Shown here one piece after another: positions 36,430 through 49,561 of a stretch of DNA of 64,000 nucleotides (its first letter is position 1; every line of letters starts with the position of its first letter). The DNA lies in contig NC_135809.1 of assembly GCF_964213995.1 (NCBI RefSeq), positions 36,456,001-36,520,000 of the forward strand, given 5' to 3'. The stretch comes from Mustelus asterias (lineage: Eukaryota). A program made the translations under genes and the position numbers. The notes beneath the pieces were generated by a model. The model had not been told where the DNA came from, searched no databases, and saw only the letters and a program-made list of their open reading frames with translations.

Positions 36430-39400
36430 AAGCTTAAGGAAGTGAAGTCAGAGATGGAATGGGTAATCACCAGTCAGAAAAAGTGGGGCAGGCAGGAAGT
36501 CAGTGAAGCCCCAGAAAGCATCTCACTCAAGAACCGTTTTTCTGTTGAGAAATGGAGATAGTGACAGTTCCTCTGGGGAGTGCAGCCAGAGCCAAGTTCA
36601 CGGCACTATGGGTGGCTCAGCTGCACAAGGGGAAGGAGTAAGAGTGGAAGAGCAATAGTGGTCAGAGATTCGATAGTGAAGAGTGCAAATAGGTGTCACT
36701 GCGACTGCAGAGGTCACTCCAGGATAGTGTGTTGCCTTCCTGGTGCCAGGGTCAAGGATGTCACTGAACAACTCCAAGACAACCTGAAGGAAGAGAGTGA
36801 ACACTCAGAGGTCGTGGTTCACATAGGTACCAACGACATAGGCAGAAAGAGGGAGGAGGTCCCACAGAAAGAATTTAGGGAGCTGGTTGATTGAAAAGCA
36901 GGACCTCAAAAGTTGTAATTTCTGGATTACTCCCGATGAATTCAGGAACAGAAGGATAGGGCAGGTGAATGTGTGGCTGAAGAGATGATGCAGGAGAGAA
37001 GGCTTTAGTTTTCCCGGATCACTGGATCCATGTCTGGGAAAGGTGGGAGCTGTACAAGTTGGACAGTTAGCTCTTGAACTGGAATGAGACCAACTTCCTT
37101 GTGGGGAGGTTTGCTAGTGCTGTTGGGGGGGGGGGGGGGGGTTTAAACTAATTTGGCAAGAGTTGGCTCACAGTTTGTAGGTATGATCAAATATAGAACA
37201 AAAACGGAGTCAGTCTGGAAGGCAGGGCAAAGAGATGCATGTTAAGGCACAAGGGAATATGGCACGGTTGAATGGCATTTATTTTAATGCAAGCAGTCTT
37301 ACAGGTAAGACTGAGGAACTGAGGGCTTTGATTAACACATGAGGGTATGATGTTATTGCTGTCACAGAGGTATGGTTGAAGGAGGGGCAGGATTGGCAGT
37401 TCAGTATTCTGGGGTACAGAATTTTCAGACGAGATGGAGGATATAAAAAAGGACTTGGTGTTGCAATACCAAGGTGTCAATTACTGCAGTGAGGAGGGAT
37501 GATATCTCCGCAAATATCATTTGATATATATCAAATATATATATCAAATGAGGGCAGATGGGTGGAAGTTAAAACAAAAAGGGGCAATCATGTGGCTGGA
37601 CATGTACCATAGGCCCCCAAACTGTCAGGGAGAGGTAGAAGAGTAAATACGTAGACAAATCTGAGAAGTGTTAAAATAATAGGCTAATAATAGTAGGGGA
37701 TTTCAACTTCCCCAATATTAATTGGATATTCAAAGTGTGAAAGGCTTTAGAGGGGGTGAAATTCTTAAACTGCATCCAGGTTTTTGAGCTTTTTGAGCCA
37801 GCACACAGAAAGTCCTGCAAGAGAGGAGACTTTTTAAGGAATGAAGCCGGGCAGGCGGTGGAGGTGTCAATGGGGTAGCATTTCGGGAATAGTGACCATA
37901 ACTCGGTAGGATTTAAGGTAGTTATAGAAAAGGACAAAGATGGACTGGAAATAAGGTTTCTGGGGGATGGCTGATTTTAAAAGGATAAGACAGGATTGAG
38001 CCAAAGCGAACTGGGAGTAACTACATGTCGGAAGATTCACATCAGAATGGTGGGAGTCATTCAAAGATGAAATACAGAATGTACAATGCTAACATGTTCA
38101 AATAAGGGTAAAGGGTGGAACCAAGTGCAGAGAACCATTGATGCTTTAGGAGTACAGAAAGCGCAAGGGGTACTTAAAAGGAAAGAAATTAGGAGTGCGG
38201 AGAGGGGTCACTGGTGGGCAAAATCAAGGAAAATCCTAAGGTGCTCTATAAGTCTATTAAGGGCAAAAGGATAACCAGGGAACGAGTAGGACCCATTAGC
38301 GACCAAAATAGCAACCTGTGTGTGAAGCCAAAAGATGTAGGTGAGGTATTAAACTAATATTTTGCATGTGTTCACGATAAAAAAGGATGACGTAGGTATA
38401 GAAAGCAGGGATGGGGACTGTGATATAATTGAACAGATTAGCATTGAGAGGGAGGAAGTGTTAGCTGTTTTAGCAGGTTTAAAAGTGGGTAAATCCCCGG
38501 GCCTAGATGAGATGTATCCTAGGCTGCTGTGTGAGGCAAGTGGGGTAGATTTCTGGGCTCTGATGCTAATTTTCAAATCCTCTCTGGCCACAGGAGAGGT
38601 AAGATGTCTAACAACATCAGGTTAAAGTCCAACAGGTTTATAAACCTGTTGGACTTTAACCTGGTGTTGTTAGACTTCTTACTGTGTTTACCCCAGTCCA
38701 ACGCCGACATCGCCACATCACAGGAGAGGTGCCAGAGGACTGGAGGACAGCTAATGTGGTACTATTGTTCAAGAGACGGAGTAGGGAAAAAGCAGGTAAT
38801 TACAGACCAGTGAACCTAACATCAATAGTAGGGAAATTATTGGAAATATTTTTGAGGGACAGAATTAATTTCCACTTGGAAAGGCAAGGATTAATCAAGG
38901 ATAGTAAGCATGGCTTTATCAGGGGGAGATCATGCCTAATACATTTAATTGAATTTTTCGAGGAGGTGACTAGGTGTGTAGATGAGGGCAGTGCAGTTGG
39001 TAGTTTGCACGGACTTCAGTAAGGCTTTTGACAAGGTCCCACACAGGAGACTGATCAAGATGGTACGAACCCATGGGGTCCAGGCCACTTTGGCAAATTG
39101 CATCCAAAATTGGTTTAGTGGCAAGAGGCAGAGGGTAATGGTTAAAGGTTGCTTTTGCGGCTGGAAGCCTGTGTACCACAGGGATCGGTGCTGGGTCTCT
39201 TGCTGTTTGTAGTGTACATTAATGATCTAGATATGCATGTGGGGGAGTATAATCAGTAAGTTTTCAGATGACACATGAATTGATGGTGTGGTAAATAGCA
39301 AGGAGGAGAGCCTTAGATTGCAGGATGATATACATGGGCTGGTCAGATGGGCAGAACAGTGGCAAAAGTGTGAGGTGATGCATTTTGGGACAAACAAGGC

Positions 39401-40062
39401 AAAACAATACCCAGTGAACGGTAGTATGCTAGGAAGTAGAGCACCAAAGTAGAGGATCTTGGAGTACATGTCCAAAGATCCCTGAAGACAGCAGGACAGG
39501 AGGATAAAGTGATTAAGAAGGATATGGCATACTTGCCTTTATTAGCCAAGGCATAGAATATAAGAGGAGGAGGTCATGATGGAGCTATATAAAACAGTCA
39601 TTAGGTCCGCAGCAAATTACTTGCGCAGTTCTGGTCACCATATTTGAATGCACTAGAAAGGGTGCAGAGGAGATTCAACAGGATGTTGTCTGGGTTGGAG
39701 CATTTCAGCTATGAAGAGAGGCTGGGGTTGTTTTCCTTAGCGCAGAAAAGAGGTGGATAGGAAGAAACTATTCCCCTTAGTAGAGGGGTCAATAACTTGG
39801 AAGCATAGGTTTACGGTACGGAGCAGGAAATCTAGAGGGGATCTGAGGAAAAAACAGAGGATGGTGGGAACCTGAAACACTCTGTCTGAAAGGGGTAAAG
39901 GCAGGAACCCTCAGAATATTTAAGACACATTTAGATGAATACTTGAAACACCATTGCACACAAGGCTTCAGACCAACTGCTGGAAAAATGGGATTAAAAT
40001 AGATTGGTGTTTGATGGTCAGTGCAGACACGGTGGGCCTTCTGTACTGTAGAGCTCTATGAC
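36430..40062 (+). mobile_element. Near full-length decayed CR1 LINE (ORF1 SGNH/esterase-like + ORF2 remnants)
   Basis: ORF1 motifs AIVVRDSIVK, CCLPGARVKDV and VVHIGTNDIG. Frameshifted endonuclease/RT ([21 protein letters not shown]). CR1 tail ...CTCTATGA. Confidence 0.9.
38601..38718. mobile_element. Penelope-like fold-back mini-element (family P2) inserted in CR1 ORF2
   Basis: Hairpin centred at 38640/38641 with a ~38-nt tail. TSD CACAGGAGAGGT at 38589-38600 and 38719-38730. Confidence 0.85.
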
Positions 40063-40179
40063 TAATGTCTTTGACTAAGTTATTGGTCATCTGACTTACG
40101 TGGCTCGGAGTCGGACTTTGTTTTATAATGTTCCTGTGAAGTGCCTTGCGACATTTTATTATGTTAAAGGCGCTAAGAA

Positions 40180-40675
40180 GCAATTCAGAGAAGGTTTACT
40201 GGACTGAAAATTGGAATGTGTGGGTTGTCTTATGAGGAAATATTGGAGAGGCTAGGCTTGTATGCACTGGAATTTAGAAGATAAGAGATAATTTGATTGA
40301 AACATACAAGATCCTGATGGGTCTTGACAGGGTGGATGTGGAGAGGATGTTTCCTCTTTTGGAGAATCTCGAACTAGGGGGCCACTGTTGAAAAATAAGG
40401 GGTTGTCCAGTTAAGACAGAGATGAGGAGAATTCCTTTCTCTCAGAGGGTTGAGAGTCTGCGGAAATCGCATCCTCAAAAGGTAATGAAAGCAGAGTCTT
40501 TGATTATTTTTAAGGCAGAGGTAGAAAGATTCTTGATAAGGGGGTGAAATGTTATTGGGGTTAGAGGGAATGTGGAGTTGAGGTTACAATCACATCAGTC
40601 ATGATCTTATTGAATGATGGAGCAGCCTCGAGGGGCTGAGTGGTCTACTCCTGCTTCTAATTCTATGTTCATAGA
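40180..40675 (+). mobile_element. CR1 3' fragment
   Basis: CR1 RT C-terminus and 3' UTR ending TTCTATGTTC. Confidence 0.82.
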
Positions 40676-40859
40676 TAAGTTGCTAGCCATCTATGACCAG
40701 ATCAGGTTGGACCATATCTAGTGTGACTAAGCCTCATTCTCCTCTGCCAATAACACCCACTTTTCCAGATTGATAGTGGCTTTGTTTCTCCATTGCAAAC
40801 TGTCTCCACAAAGCTCTCTCTCCTCCAAGTGCAAGGAGAACAAGGATTAACAGTAATGC

Positions 40860-41617
40860 ACGCTCATGTAGCATCTTTTAAAAACATCCCACGGTGCTGT
40901 GCAGGAGCATTTAAAACTAAAATATGACACTGAACTTCATAGTTATTAGGTTAGATGATCGAAGGATTGGTCCAAATTGTTGGTTTTAGAGAGGGTCTAA
41001 AAGGAAGAAAGTGAGATAACGAGGTGGAGAGCTTAGGGCCTAAGAAACTGAAGGCACGGCCACCAATGGTGCAGCAATTAAAACTGGGGATGTTCAAGGT
41101 GATGAAGGAGCAGCGCTCCGAAAGCTCGTGATTCCAAATAAACTTGTTGGACTTTAACCTGGTGTTGTGAGATGTCTTACTGTGCTCACCCCAGTCCAAT
41201 GCATCTGACCTATGTGGCTCGGAGTCAGACTTTGTTTTATAATGTTCCTGCGAAGTGCCTTGCGACATTTTATGTTAAAGGCGCTAATGTTTATTATGTT
41301 AAAGGCTTTATTATGTTAAAGGCATCTCCATATCAAAGGTAGAAATAGGCAGTCTTAGTGATGGTACAAATGAGGTCGGAAGTTCTTCTCGGGATCAAAT
41401 GTGACAGCGAGGTTGCAAACAGACTGACTTAATCTGTTGCCAGGGAGAGAGATGGAGTCAGTAGTTAGGGAATGGAGTTCAGAGCAGGGACAAAAAAAAG
41501 GCTTCAGTTCTCCTAGTATTAGAGGAAATTCTTGCACATCTAGTACGAGATACTGGAAATGCAGTCTGATCATTTCAAAATAGTGCAGGAGTCAAGAGAG
41601 GTAAAATTGAGACTAAT
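40860..41617 (-). mobile_element. L2-clade LINE 3' fragment (with nested Penelope-like piece)
   Basis: IGGRAFSFLGPKL and CNLAVTFDPE, which are L2 C-terminal motifs. Confidence 0.75.
41099..41335 (+). mobile_element. Family P2 fragment with hammerhead-like core, interrupted by an L2-tail copy
   Basis: TGATGAAGGAGCAGCGCTCCGAAAGCTC...CCCCAGTCCAATGCATCT[insert]GCATCTCCATATCA. Confidence 0.75.
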
Positions 41618-42790
41618 TCATAAGAACATAAGAACTGGGAGCAGGAGTAGGCCATCTGGTCCCTCAAGCCTGCTCCGCCATTCAATAAGATCATGGCTGA
41701 TCTTTTTGTGGACTCAGCTCCACTTACCCGCCCGCTCACCATAACCCTTAATTCCTTTACTGTTCAAAAATGTATCTATCCTTGCCTTAAAAACATTCAA
41801 TGAGGTAGCCTCAACTGCTTCACTGGGCAGGGAATTCCACAGATTCGCAACCCTTTGGGTGAAGAAGTTCCTCCTCAACTCAGTCCTAAATCTGCTTCCC
41901 CTTATTTTGAGGCTATGCCCCCTAGTTCTAGTTTCACCTGCCAGTGGAAACAACTTCCCTGCTTCTATCTTATCTATTCCCTTCATAATCTTATATGTTT
42001 CTATAAGATCTCCCCTCATTCCTCTGAATTCCAATGAGTATAGCCCCAGTCTACTCAGTCTCTCCTCATAAGTTAACCCTTTCAACTCCGGAATCAACCT
42101 AGTGAATCTCGTCTGCACCCCCTCCAGTGCCAGAATATCCTTTCTCAAGTAAGGAGACCAAAACTGTACACAGTACTCCAGGTGTGGCCTCACCAGCACC
42201 TTATACAGCTGCAACATAATCTCGCTGTTTTTAAACTCCATCCCTCTAGCAATGAAGGACAAAATTCCATTTGCCTTCTTAATTACCTGCTGCACCTGCA
42301 AACCAACTCCTTGAGATTCCTGCACAAGGACACCCAGGTCCCTCTGCACAGCAGCATGCTGCAATTTTTTACCATTTAAATGATAGTCCATTTTGCTGTT
42401 ATTCTTACCAAAATGGATGACCTCACATTTACCAACATTGTACTCCATCTGCCAGACCCTCGCCCACTCACTTAGATTATCTATATCCCTTTGCAGACTT
42501 TCAGCGTCCTCTGCACACTTTGCTCTTTCATCCATCTTAGTGTCATCTGCGAATTTTGACACACTACATACACTTGGTCCTCAACTCCAAATCATCCATG
42601 TAAATCGTAAACAACTGCAGTCCCAACACTGATCCAAGGCACACCACTAGTCACTGATCGCCAACCAGAAAAACACCCATTTATCCCCACTCTTTGCTTT
42701 CTGTTAGTTAACCAATCCTCTATCCATGCTAATACATTACCCGTAACACTGTGCCCTTTTATCTTATGTAGCAGTCTTTGGTGCGGTTGG
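41618..42790 (-). mobile_element. CR1 LINE 3' fragment (RT C-terminal, ORF 41714-42562)
   Basis: SKFADDTK...RPHLEYCVQFWSP...FFTQRVANLWNSLP, with a (TTCTTATG)n tail at the left end. Confidence 0.92.
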
Positions 42791-43219
42791 CTTATTGCTT
42801 CCACCCAATCATGATTTAAATGAATGGTGGAATAAACTTGTTCCCATGTTATATGTTCCACTCTTAGCTTGCCAATCATCGCCAGAGTATCTGCAGCAAT
42901 GGATTCTCTTTGTGACCTTTTCTCAAGATTTCGCCAATTCTTTACCAAACCACCAACCCTCTCTCCCTGCAACTGAAGGTGTATTTACCAATGGTGGAGT
43001 GATTAAAATCGGAGATGCTGAAGAGGCCAGAATTGGAGGAACAGTTGATTTGTACCGCAACTCCATTTACCCTTTTTGTTCCTTATCCTATGTACTCATT
43101 CCTCAAAAACTGAGAATATTGATTCAACTGAAAATATTTACACCAAGATCAATATCAGTGCAGACTTGATGGGCCAAAGGGCCTCCTCTGTATTGTATGA
43201 TTCTATGTACATACTTTTG

Positions 43220-45370
43220 TTGGCAAGAGTTTCAGATTTTGACTTATCTTGGAGGGTTGTGGAGCACAAAGAGATTACAAAGATAGGGAGAGGAGGCCAA
43301 GGAGGGATTTAAAACAAGTTTGAGAATTTTAAATCAAGATGTTGCTTGCATAGGAGCCAATGCAGATCAGCAAGCACAAGAGCACATCAACCTCTATGTC
43401 TCCATCATTTCCCTTGGGATGTTTTCACCACCTGTGTTGTCAGACTACTTGTCTGCTATTCACACTGGGTTAAGCTGCAAGTTCCTCCAGCTGAACACTG
43501 GGAAGATTGAGATCACTGTCTTTGGTCCCTGCCACAAACTTCATATCTTTGTCATTGATATTATCCCTCTCTCTGGTCCACCCAGCACCACTGCCCTTGC
43601 TGGCTTACATTGGTCCAAGGACCCATAACATCTCTAATTTTAAATTATCTTTATTTCCTTCTGGATCTCAGGCCATTGCAATGCTACAACCACCACCAAC
43701 CTTACAACTGCTTCCCAAAACTCTCCACTCCATCAACTCTGACCTCTTGTGCATCTCTTCCTTCCATTTTGACACCATTGGTAGCCCATGCCTTCAACAG
43801 TTTAGCCCTCATGCACTTGAATTCCCTGACTAAACTCCTCTGCACTTCCTCCTTCTCCTTCAAGAACCTCCTTGAAAGCAAATTCTTTGACTAAGATGTT
43901 AGTCACCAGGCTTAATCTTGTCTTTGGTTCGCCATCCATTTTTCGTTGATTACTTTTTCAACTTTACAGGTACTATCTAATAACAAGTTGCTGAATCTGT
44001 AAAGAGAAAACAGGTGCTTATCTTGATAATATATATCTAAAATGCTCACTTATCTTTTCCATCTATGGATACTAGCTGATCTGTGGCATATTTCTAGCAT
44101 TTACTGCAACAAAGCCTTTCTTACTGTTTTGATAGTTTTATTGTTATAATCTCCACATTTGAGATGAAACTTCGAATATGTATTAGCCATGAGAATTTTT
44201 AAGAATACAGCTAAATGTGAGGCCCTTCCAACTCACTGCAACTCTTTTCAGTCTCGCAATCCTCTGAGATCCCTGTGTTCCTCCATTTCCTTCCCTCCAC
44301 CACTGGTGGCTGTGCTTCAACTCTCCAGGTCCCAAGTTCTGGAATTCCCCTACTAAACCGCTCTGTCTGTCCACCCTCACTTCAGAAACAGCTTAAAACC
44401 TACCTCTTTAAATCAAACTTTTCATCAACCTACCTAATATCTTACGTGGCTTGGTATCAAATTTTGATTCTGAATTTTACATTGGGATATTTTACAATAT
44501 TAAATATGCTGCATAAATGCAAATTATTGTCAAAATAAAAGCATGCAGAGGTATGAAGAGAAATGTTTATTAAAAAATCTTTCTCCCAACAGCAGTTTTT
44601 AAGCAGTGAGTTCTTGGAACACTCCCATAATAAACACAGCTTGGCTGAGCCTCAGAGCTGAATGCTGAGTCACAGCTAAATTGGGTGGGTCACAAGCTGC
44701 ACTGGAAAATATTTCTTAAACTTTCAAGTCAGTCAGATGGCAAAGACCAACTTGTTCTTGTGGAAATTATGAACAGATGCAACAGAATCTGCATCTATTG
44801 TTTATGCATGAACATGATATAGCATAAAGTGGCTGTCTGAAGGGCAAATTTACTTCATCATTCCATATCCTGGCCCCTCTCTAAAATCTCGGGTTCACCG
44901 GATATGACAGACCAGGAGATCCACAATGACTTATTTTAATATACTAAAGTCCTCTGTCAAAGGCTGTCCACTTGCACGTCTAACATTGCCCGTCTTCACC
45001 CCATCATTCGTCCATTTATGTACATAATGGGTCCCTCCACGTTTAATTACTCTCTACTTCGGTCCTTGCTGACTTTTTGATGTTCCACTTTGTCCTAAAC
45101 TCGGCTGCTTGTATGGTAACCCATACCAAGATTTGTTCGTCCATCACCATAACCCTCAATGACCTATATAGAAACCAGTCCACCTCTATCCTGCCTCAAC
45201 TCTGCAAGCCCCCGCCCAAACTGTGTCTTCATCTAACTCCTGTCTCCTTTCTGTCTATCCTCTGTTCAGCCCCAACACTGAAACTAAAACTGTCAACCAA
45301 CTAACTCGCACTGATTTTCCTGAACTCTGTCTTTCCTCCTCCCATTTTCCTCTTAAGAACCTTCTATAAA
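43220..45370. mobile_element. Cluster of decayed L2 fragments (both orientations)
   Basis: FLQLNTGKIE and LAGLHW motifs, plus L2-type tails ending ...ATAAATGCAAATTATTG. Confidence 0.65.
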
Positions 45371-45379
45371 TCCACTACA

Positions 45380-47280
45380 TTTGAACAGGAGGAGGTCATT
45401 TAGCCTCTTGGACCTGTTCCACTACTTGAGATCATAGCTGATCCTAGATCTCACTCCCCGCCTTTGCCTCATATCTTTCAATACCTTTGGTAAATAAAAA
45501 TCCATCAATTTGGATTTAAAAGCAACAATTTATCTTGCATCAATTGCTGCTTGTGAAAAAGCATTCCAAAGTTCTACCAGCTTTTGTATGTAGATATGGT
45601 TTCTAATTTCACTCCTGAAAAGGTCATTCTCTCTCATTTTTAGACTATGCCACTAATTTAACTCTTGGGAGTACAGGTATCCTTCCTAAGGTGTGATGTC
45701 CAAAACTGCTCAGCAGTCTCTCAGGTGTGATTTAACCAGAACTTTTTAAAGCTAGAGTCTCTGGACTCTTTAGATTCTTGGATATAAAGGGCAGCGTTCT
45801 GTTAGTCTTTTTGATTATTTTCTGTACCTATTTGCAACATATTAATGATCTTATGCGCCTGGGCCACAAGTCTCTTTTGACTTCCACTGTTTCTAGCTTT
45901 TGCCTGTTCTAGACCAAAGTAGCTAACCTCACATTTACCTCCACTGAAATCAATTTGCCACAATTTTCACCATTCACTTAATGTCCATCCATGCTGTTTA
46001 TAATACCGGCTATTTTTGTGTTATTGGATAGAAGGCCACATATCCAAATTTGCCAATCTAAATCATTAATAAATATAGTGAATATGTGAGGTCTCAATGC
46101 AGATCCATGCAGGAAATCACTTCACATCCTGCCAGTTAGGGTACCTAATTATTATGTCCATTCTGTCTCATGCTGCCCAGCTAATTTCCTAACCAGGCAA
46201 ATAATTTGCCTTCAATCTCATGAACTTCAACTTTAGACTTTAACTAACATTCTCATGAGAGGGACCTTATTAAATGTCATCTAGAAATCCATAGACATCC
46301 CCATTACTTTCATCATTAGTTTTTTAAAAAATCAATCAGGTGTCACTGAGGCTTTATGAATCCATATTTGCTCCCTGATTAAGGTTTTCAGTCACTCTAT
46401 TCTTAATTATGGACTCTAGTAATCTCCAAACAACAGATGTTAGACTAACTGATCCATAATTCCCTGGATTCCCACTGTCAACTTTCTAAATAGCAGAATG
46501 ACATGCACAATTTTCCCAACCTCAAAGAACAAATCAAGAGAATTTTCCAATTTTATAGTTAAGAGTATCTCGAATGTTCTAACCTAATTTCTTCAAAACT
46601 CGGGAAATAAACCATCTTTCCCATAGTTATCCTATTTTTTTCCCCTTTTGAAAGCTACAATTGAAATTTCCTCCAGCACCCTTTCAGGCAGTGATTCCGA
46701 ATCCTAATCACTCTCTGGGTAAGAAAGTATTTCCTCACATATCAGTTTAAATCTGTGCCCTCTGGTTCTCGACCCCTCCACTAATGAGAACAATTTTGCT
46801 CTATCTACTCTGTCTAGACCGCTCATGATTTTGAACACCTCAATCAAATCTTCTCTCAAATTTCTCTTCCTCAAGGAGAACAACCTCAGTTTTTTTCCAA
46901 TCCATTGATGTAACTGAAGCCCTTAATCCCCGACATCATTCTCGTAAATCTTTTCTGCAACCTCGCTACAGCTTTCTTATTACTTCCTAAAGTGCAGTGC
47001 CTTAAACTGGACACAATACTCCAGTTGAAGTCAAACCAGTTTTATAAGGATTAATCATGACTTATTTGCTTTGTACTCTATGCCTTGATTTATAAAGCCC
47101 AAGATCATCTAAGCCTTTTTAATCACTTTCTTAATCTGCCATGTCATCTTCCCTTTGCTGTGCCTCTTCAAACTTGTACCCTCGAGTTTATACTGCTTCT
47201 CCTTGTTCTTCCTGCTAGCATGTAATATTTCCCTGCATTGAATTTCATCTGCCACCTGTATTCCCATTCCATCAGCCAGA
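45380..47280 (-). mobile_element. Two decayed CR1 fragments
   Basis: Minus-strand CR1 tail/RT-like DNA at ~45380-46620 and ~46620-47280. Confidence 0.7.
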
Positions 47281-47284
47281 TCAG

Positions 47285-47800
47285 ATATGGAGTATTGTGC
47301 AGTTTTGGTCTCCACATTTAGGAAAGGACATACTTGCACTGGAGATGGTCCAACAAAGGTGCACTAAATTGATCCATGGGATGAGGGGATTATCATATGG
47401 AGAGAAGCTGAGTAAATTGGGCTTATACTCTCTGGAGTTTAGAAGAATCAGAGGCAATCTCATTGAAACATACAAGATTCTGAAGGGGCTTGAAGTGGAC
47501 ACTGAGAAATTGTCTCTGTTGGTTCAAGGAGTATAATACAGGGACGTAGCCTCAGGATAAGGGACCAATTATTTAGAACTGAGATGAGGAGATATGACTT
47601 CCCTCAAAGGGTTATGAATGTTCCATCATTGAATCCATTTAAAGCTGAGATAGACAAATTTTTGGTGTCTCAGGGCATCGAAGAATATGAGAAACGGGCA
47701 AGAAAGTGGAGCCGAAACTGAAGAACAGCCATTATCGTACTGAATGGCAAAGCCAGCTCGATAGGCCATTTGATCTACTCTGGTTCCTGCTTCTTGTGTT
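47285..47800 (+). mobile_element. CR1 3' fragment
   Basis: QFWSPHLGKDILALE...RGNLIETYKILKG. Confidence 0.85.
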
Positions 47801-47922
47801 CTCACCTCATCTCCAGGGCCTTCACTCACAGTGGGAAAGGCAGGAAGCAAGAGGAAGGGACCACGACGGCCAGGAGAGTCCCAGAGTAGCAGAGGTTGTG
47901 AACTGGAGAGTCAGGGCAGAAT

Positions 47923-48025
47923 AGTTCTGAAGAAAGATCATGACATGAAACATTAACTGTTTCTCTCACTCCAGAGATGCTGCCAGACCTGTTATGTATT
48001 GCCAGCAATTTCTCTGCTTATTTTT
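47923..48025 (+). mobile_element. Family P1 half-element with hammerhead-like core (47923-47958)
   Basis: AGUU CUGAAGA A AGAUCAUGACAU GAAA CA UU AACU, followed by ...AGATGCTGCCAGACCTG.... Confidence 0.65.
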
Positions 48026-48494
48026 AATGTTCTGAATATATTGTCAGCTCTTGCTCAGTTGATAAGTTGGTAGCACTGTTGCCCAATTAAGAAAGTTTGA
48101 ATCACAGAAAGTCTACTTCACTCATCATGCACCAGCCAAAAAACAAGCCACTTAGCCCAATCCCACTTCCCAGCATTTGGTCCATAGCCAGGTTACAGCA
48201 CTTGAACTGCATATCTAGATAGCTTTCAAGTGAGTTGAGGGTTATTGTCTCTCGAGCAGTGAGTTCTAAACTCTACTACCCTTTGGGTGAAAATATTTTT
48301 CCCTCACTGCCTTCTAATCTTCTACTGATACCATATTGGGAGCTGGGATGTTAAACAGGGCAGAGTGTCACTTATGAGTGAGCTTGCGAATTGAACAAAT
48401 TGAACTCGTACATTTTAAAAGAGTGGCAAGAATCAAAACACCTCACTCTTTTGAACCAGAGTGATCAATGCTCTTATGAACATTACTGAGTTGG

Positions 48495-48890
48495 AGTAAA
48501 AAGTTGTGAACTCAAGTGCCACTCATTCACATGAGCACAAAAATCTTGGCTGACTTTGCAGTGAGATATTGAGGGAGTGCATTACTGTCAAAGGTGTTGG
48601 ATTTCAGGTAAAGACCTTAATACAAGGCCGGGTCTGAAGACATAAAAGAACACGTCCAGGTATTTCTGGTGTCCAGTTCAATTTTATCCATCAATTAACA
48701 CCACTGAAAATAGATTATCTTATCACATCATTGCTGTTTGTGGAAGTTTGCTGTGTGCAATTTATCTGCTGCGTATCCCCTATGTTCCAACAGTGATGGC
48801 ACTTTAAACAGACTTCATCGGCCGTATAACTCTTTCGGACATCTTGCGGCTGTGAAAGGTTTAATAGAAATGCAAGTCTTTCTTTTCATT
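48495..48890 (+). mobile_element. Deu-domain SINE (SacSINE1/AmnSINE1-like), decayed
   Basis: GGCTGAC...TTGAGGGAGTGC...ATTGCTGTTTGTGGAAGTTTGCTGTGTGCAA...GTGAAAGG...AAATGCAAGTCTTTCTTT. Family recalled from consensus, not searched. Confidence 0.7.
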
Positions 48891-49561
48891 AAAGAATACA
48901 TACGGAGCAAGCAGGTGTGTGAAGAAGCAGATTTTACGGGCCAAATGGGTATTGCTGTGTTATGACCGCTTCCCATTTCTGAAATATCTTCCAGAATTAC
49001 AACTTTACAGGATCTCTACTATCTTCCTAGTCTGGCCTTTTGTATATCCATCAGTTAGCTAGCTTCTAAGCTTTGGAATTAACTCTCTTGCTTCCTTTAA
49101 AAGCACTCCTTAAAACTTATCTATTTGACCAAGTTTTTGATCATCTGTCCTAGCATCCCACATAGCAGAGTGAAAATTTTGTTCCACATAGTTTTAAATT
49201 CCTTGAGACATTTAAGTAAATTATATATGCTTCATAAATGCAAGCTGTTATTGTTATTGGTAAGGAAATCAAGTGATATAAAGTTTAAAGTTTTATTATT
49301 TATTCGTGTCACAAGTAGGCTTACACTGCAATGAAGTTACTGTGAAAATCCCATATATTGAGTTACGGCAAGTAAATGGAGTTGATGTACAAATCACTCA
49401 TGTTCTGAATGAATAGCAGAGTGGGTCTGAGGGATTGAATGGCCTCCTCCTAGTCCTATGGTTGTAAGAATTACCAACCTTTGCAAAGCAGGTCAGAAAA
49501 AAGATGGCGTGGTTTTATCGAGGTGCACCCCTAACAGCTCCATAATGCTCTGTGGGTTGTT

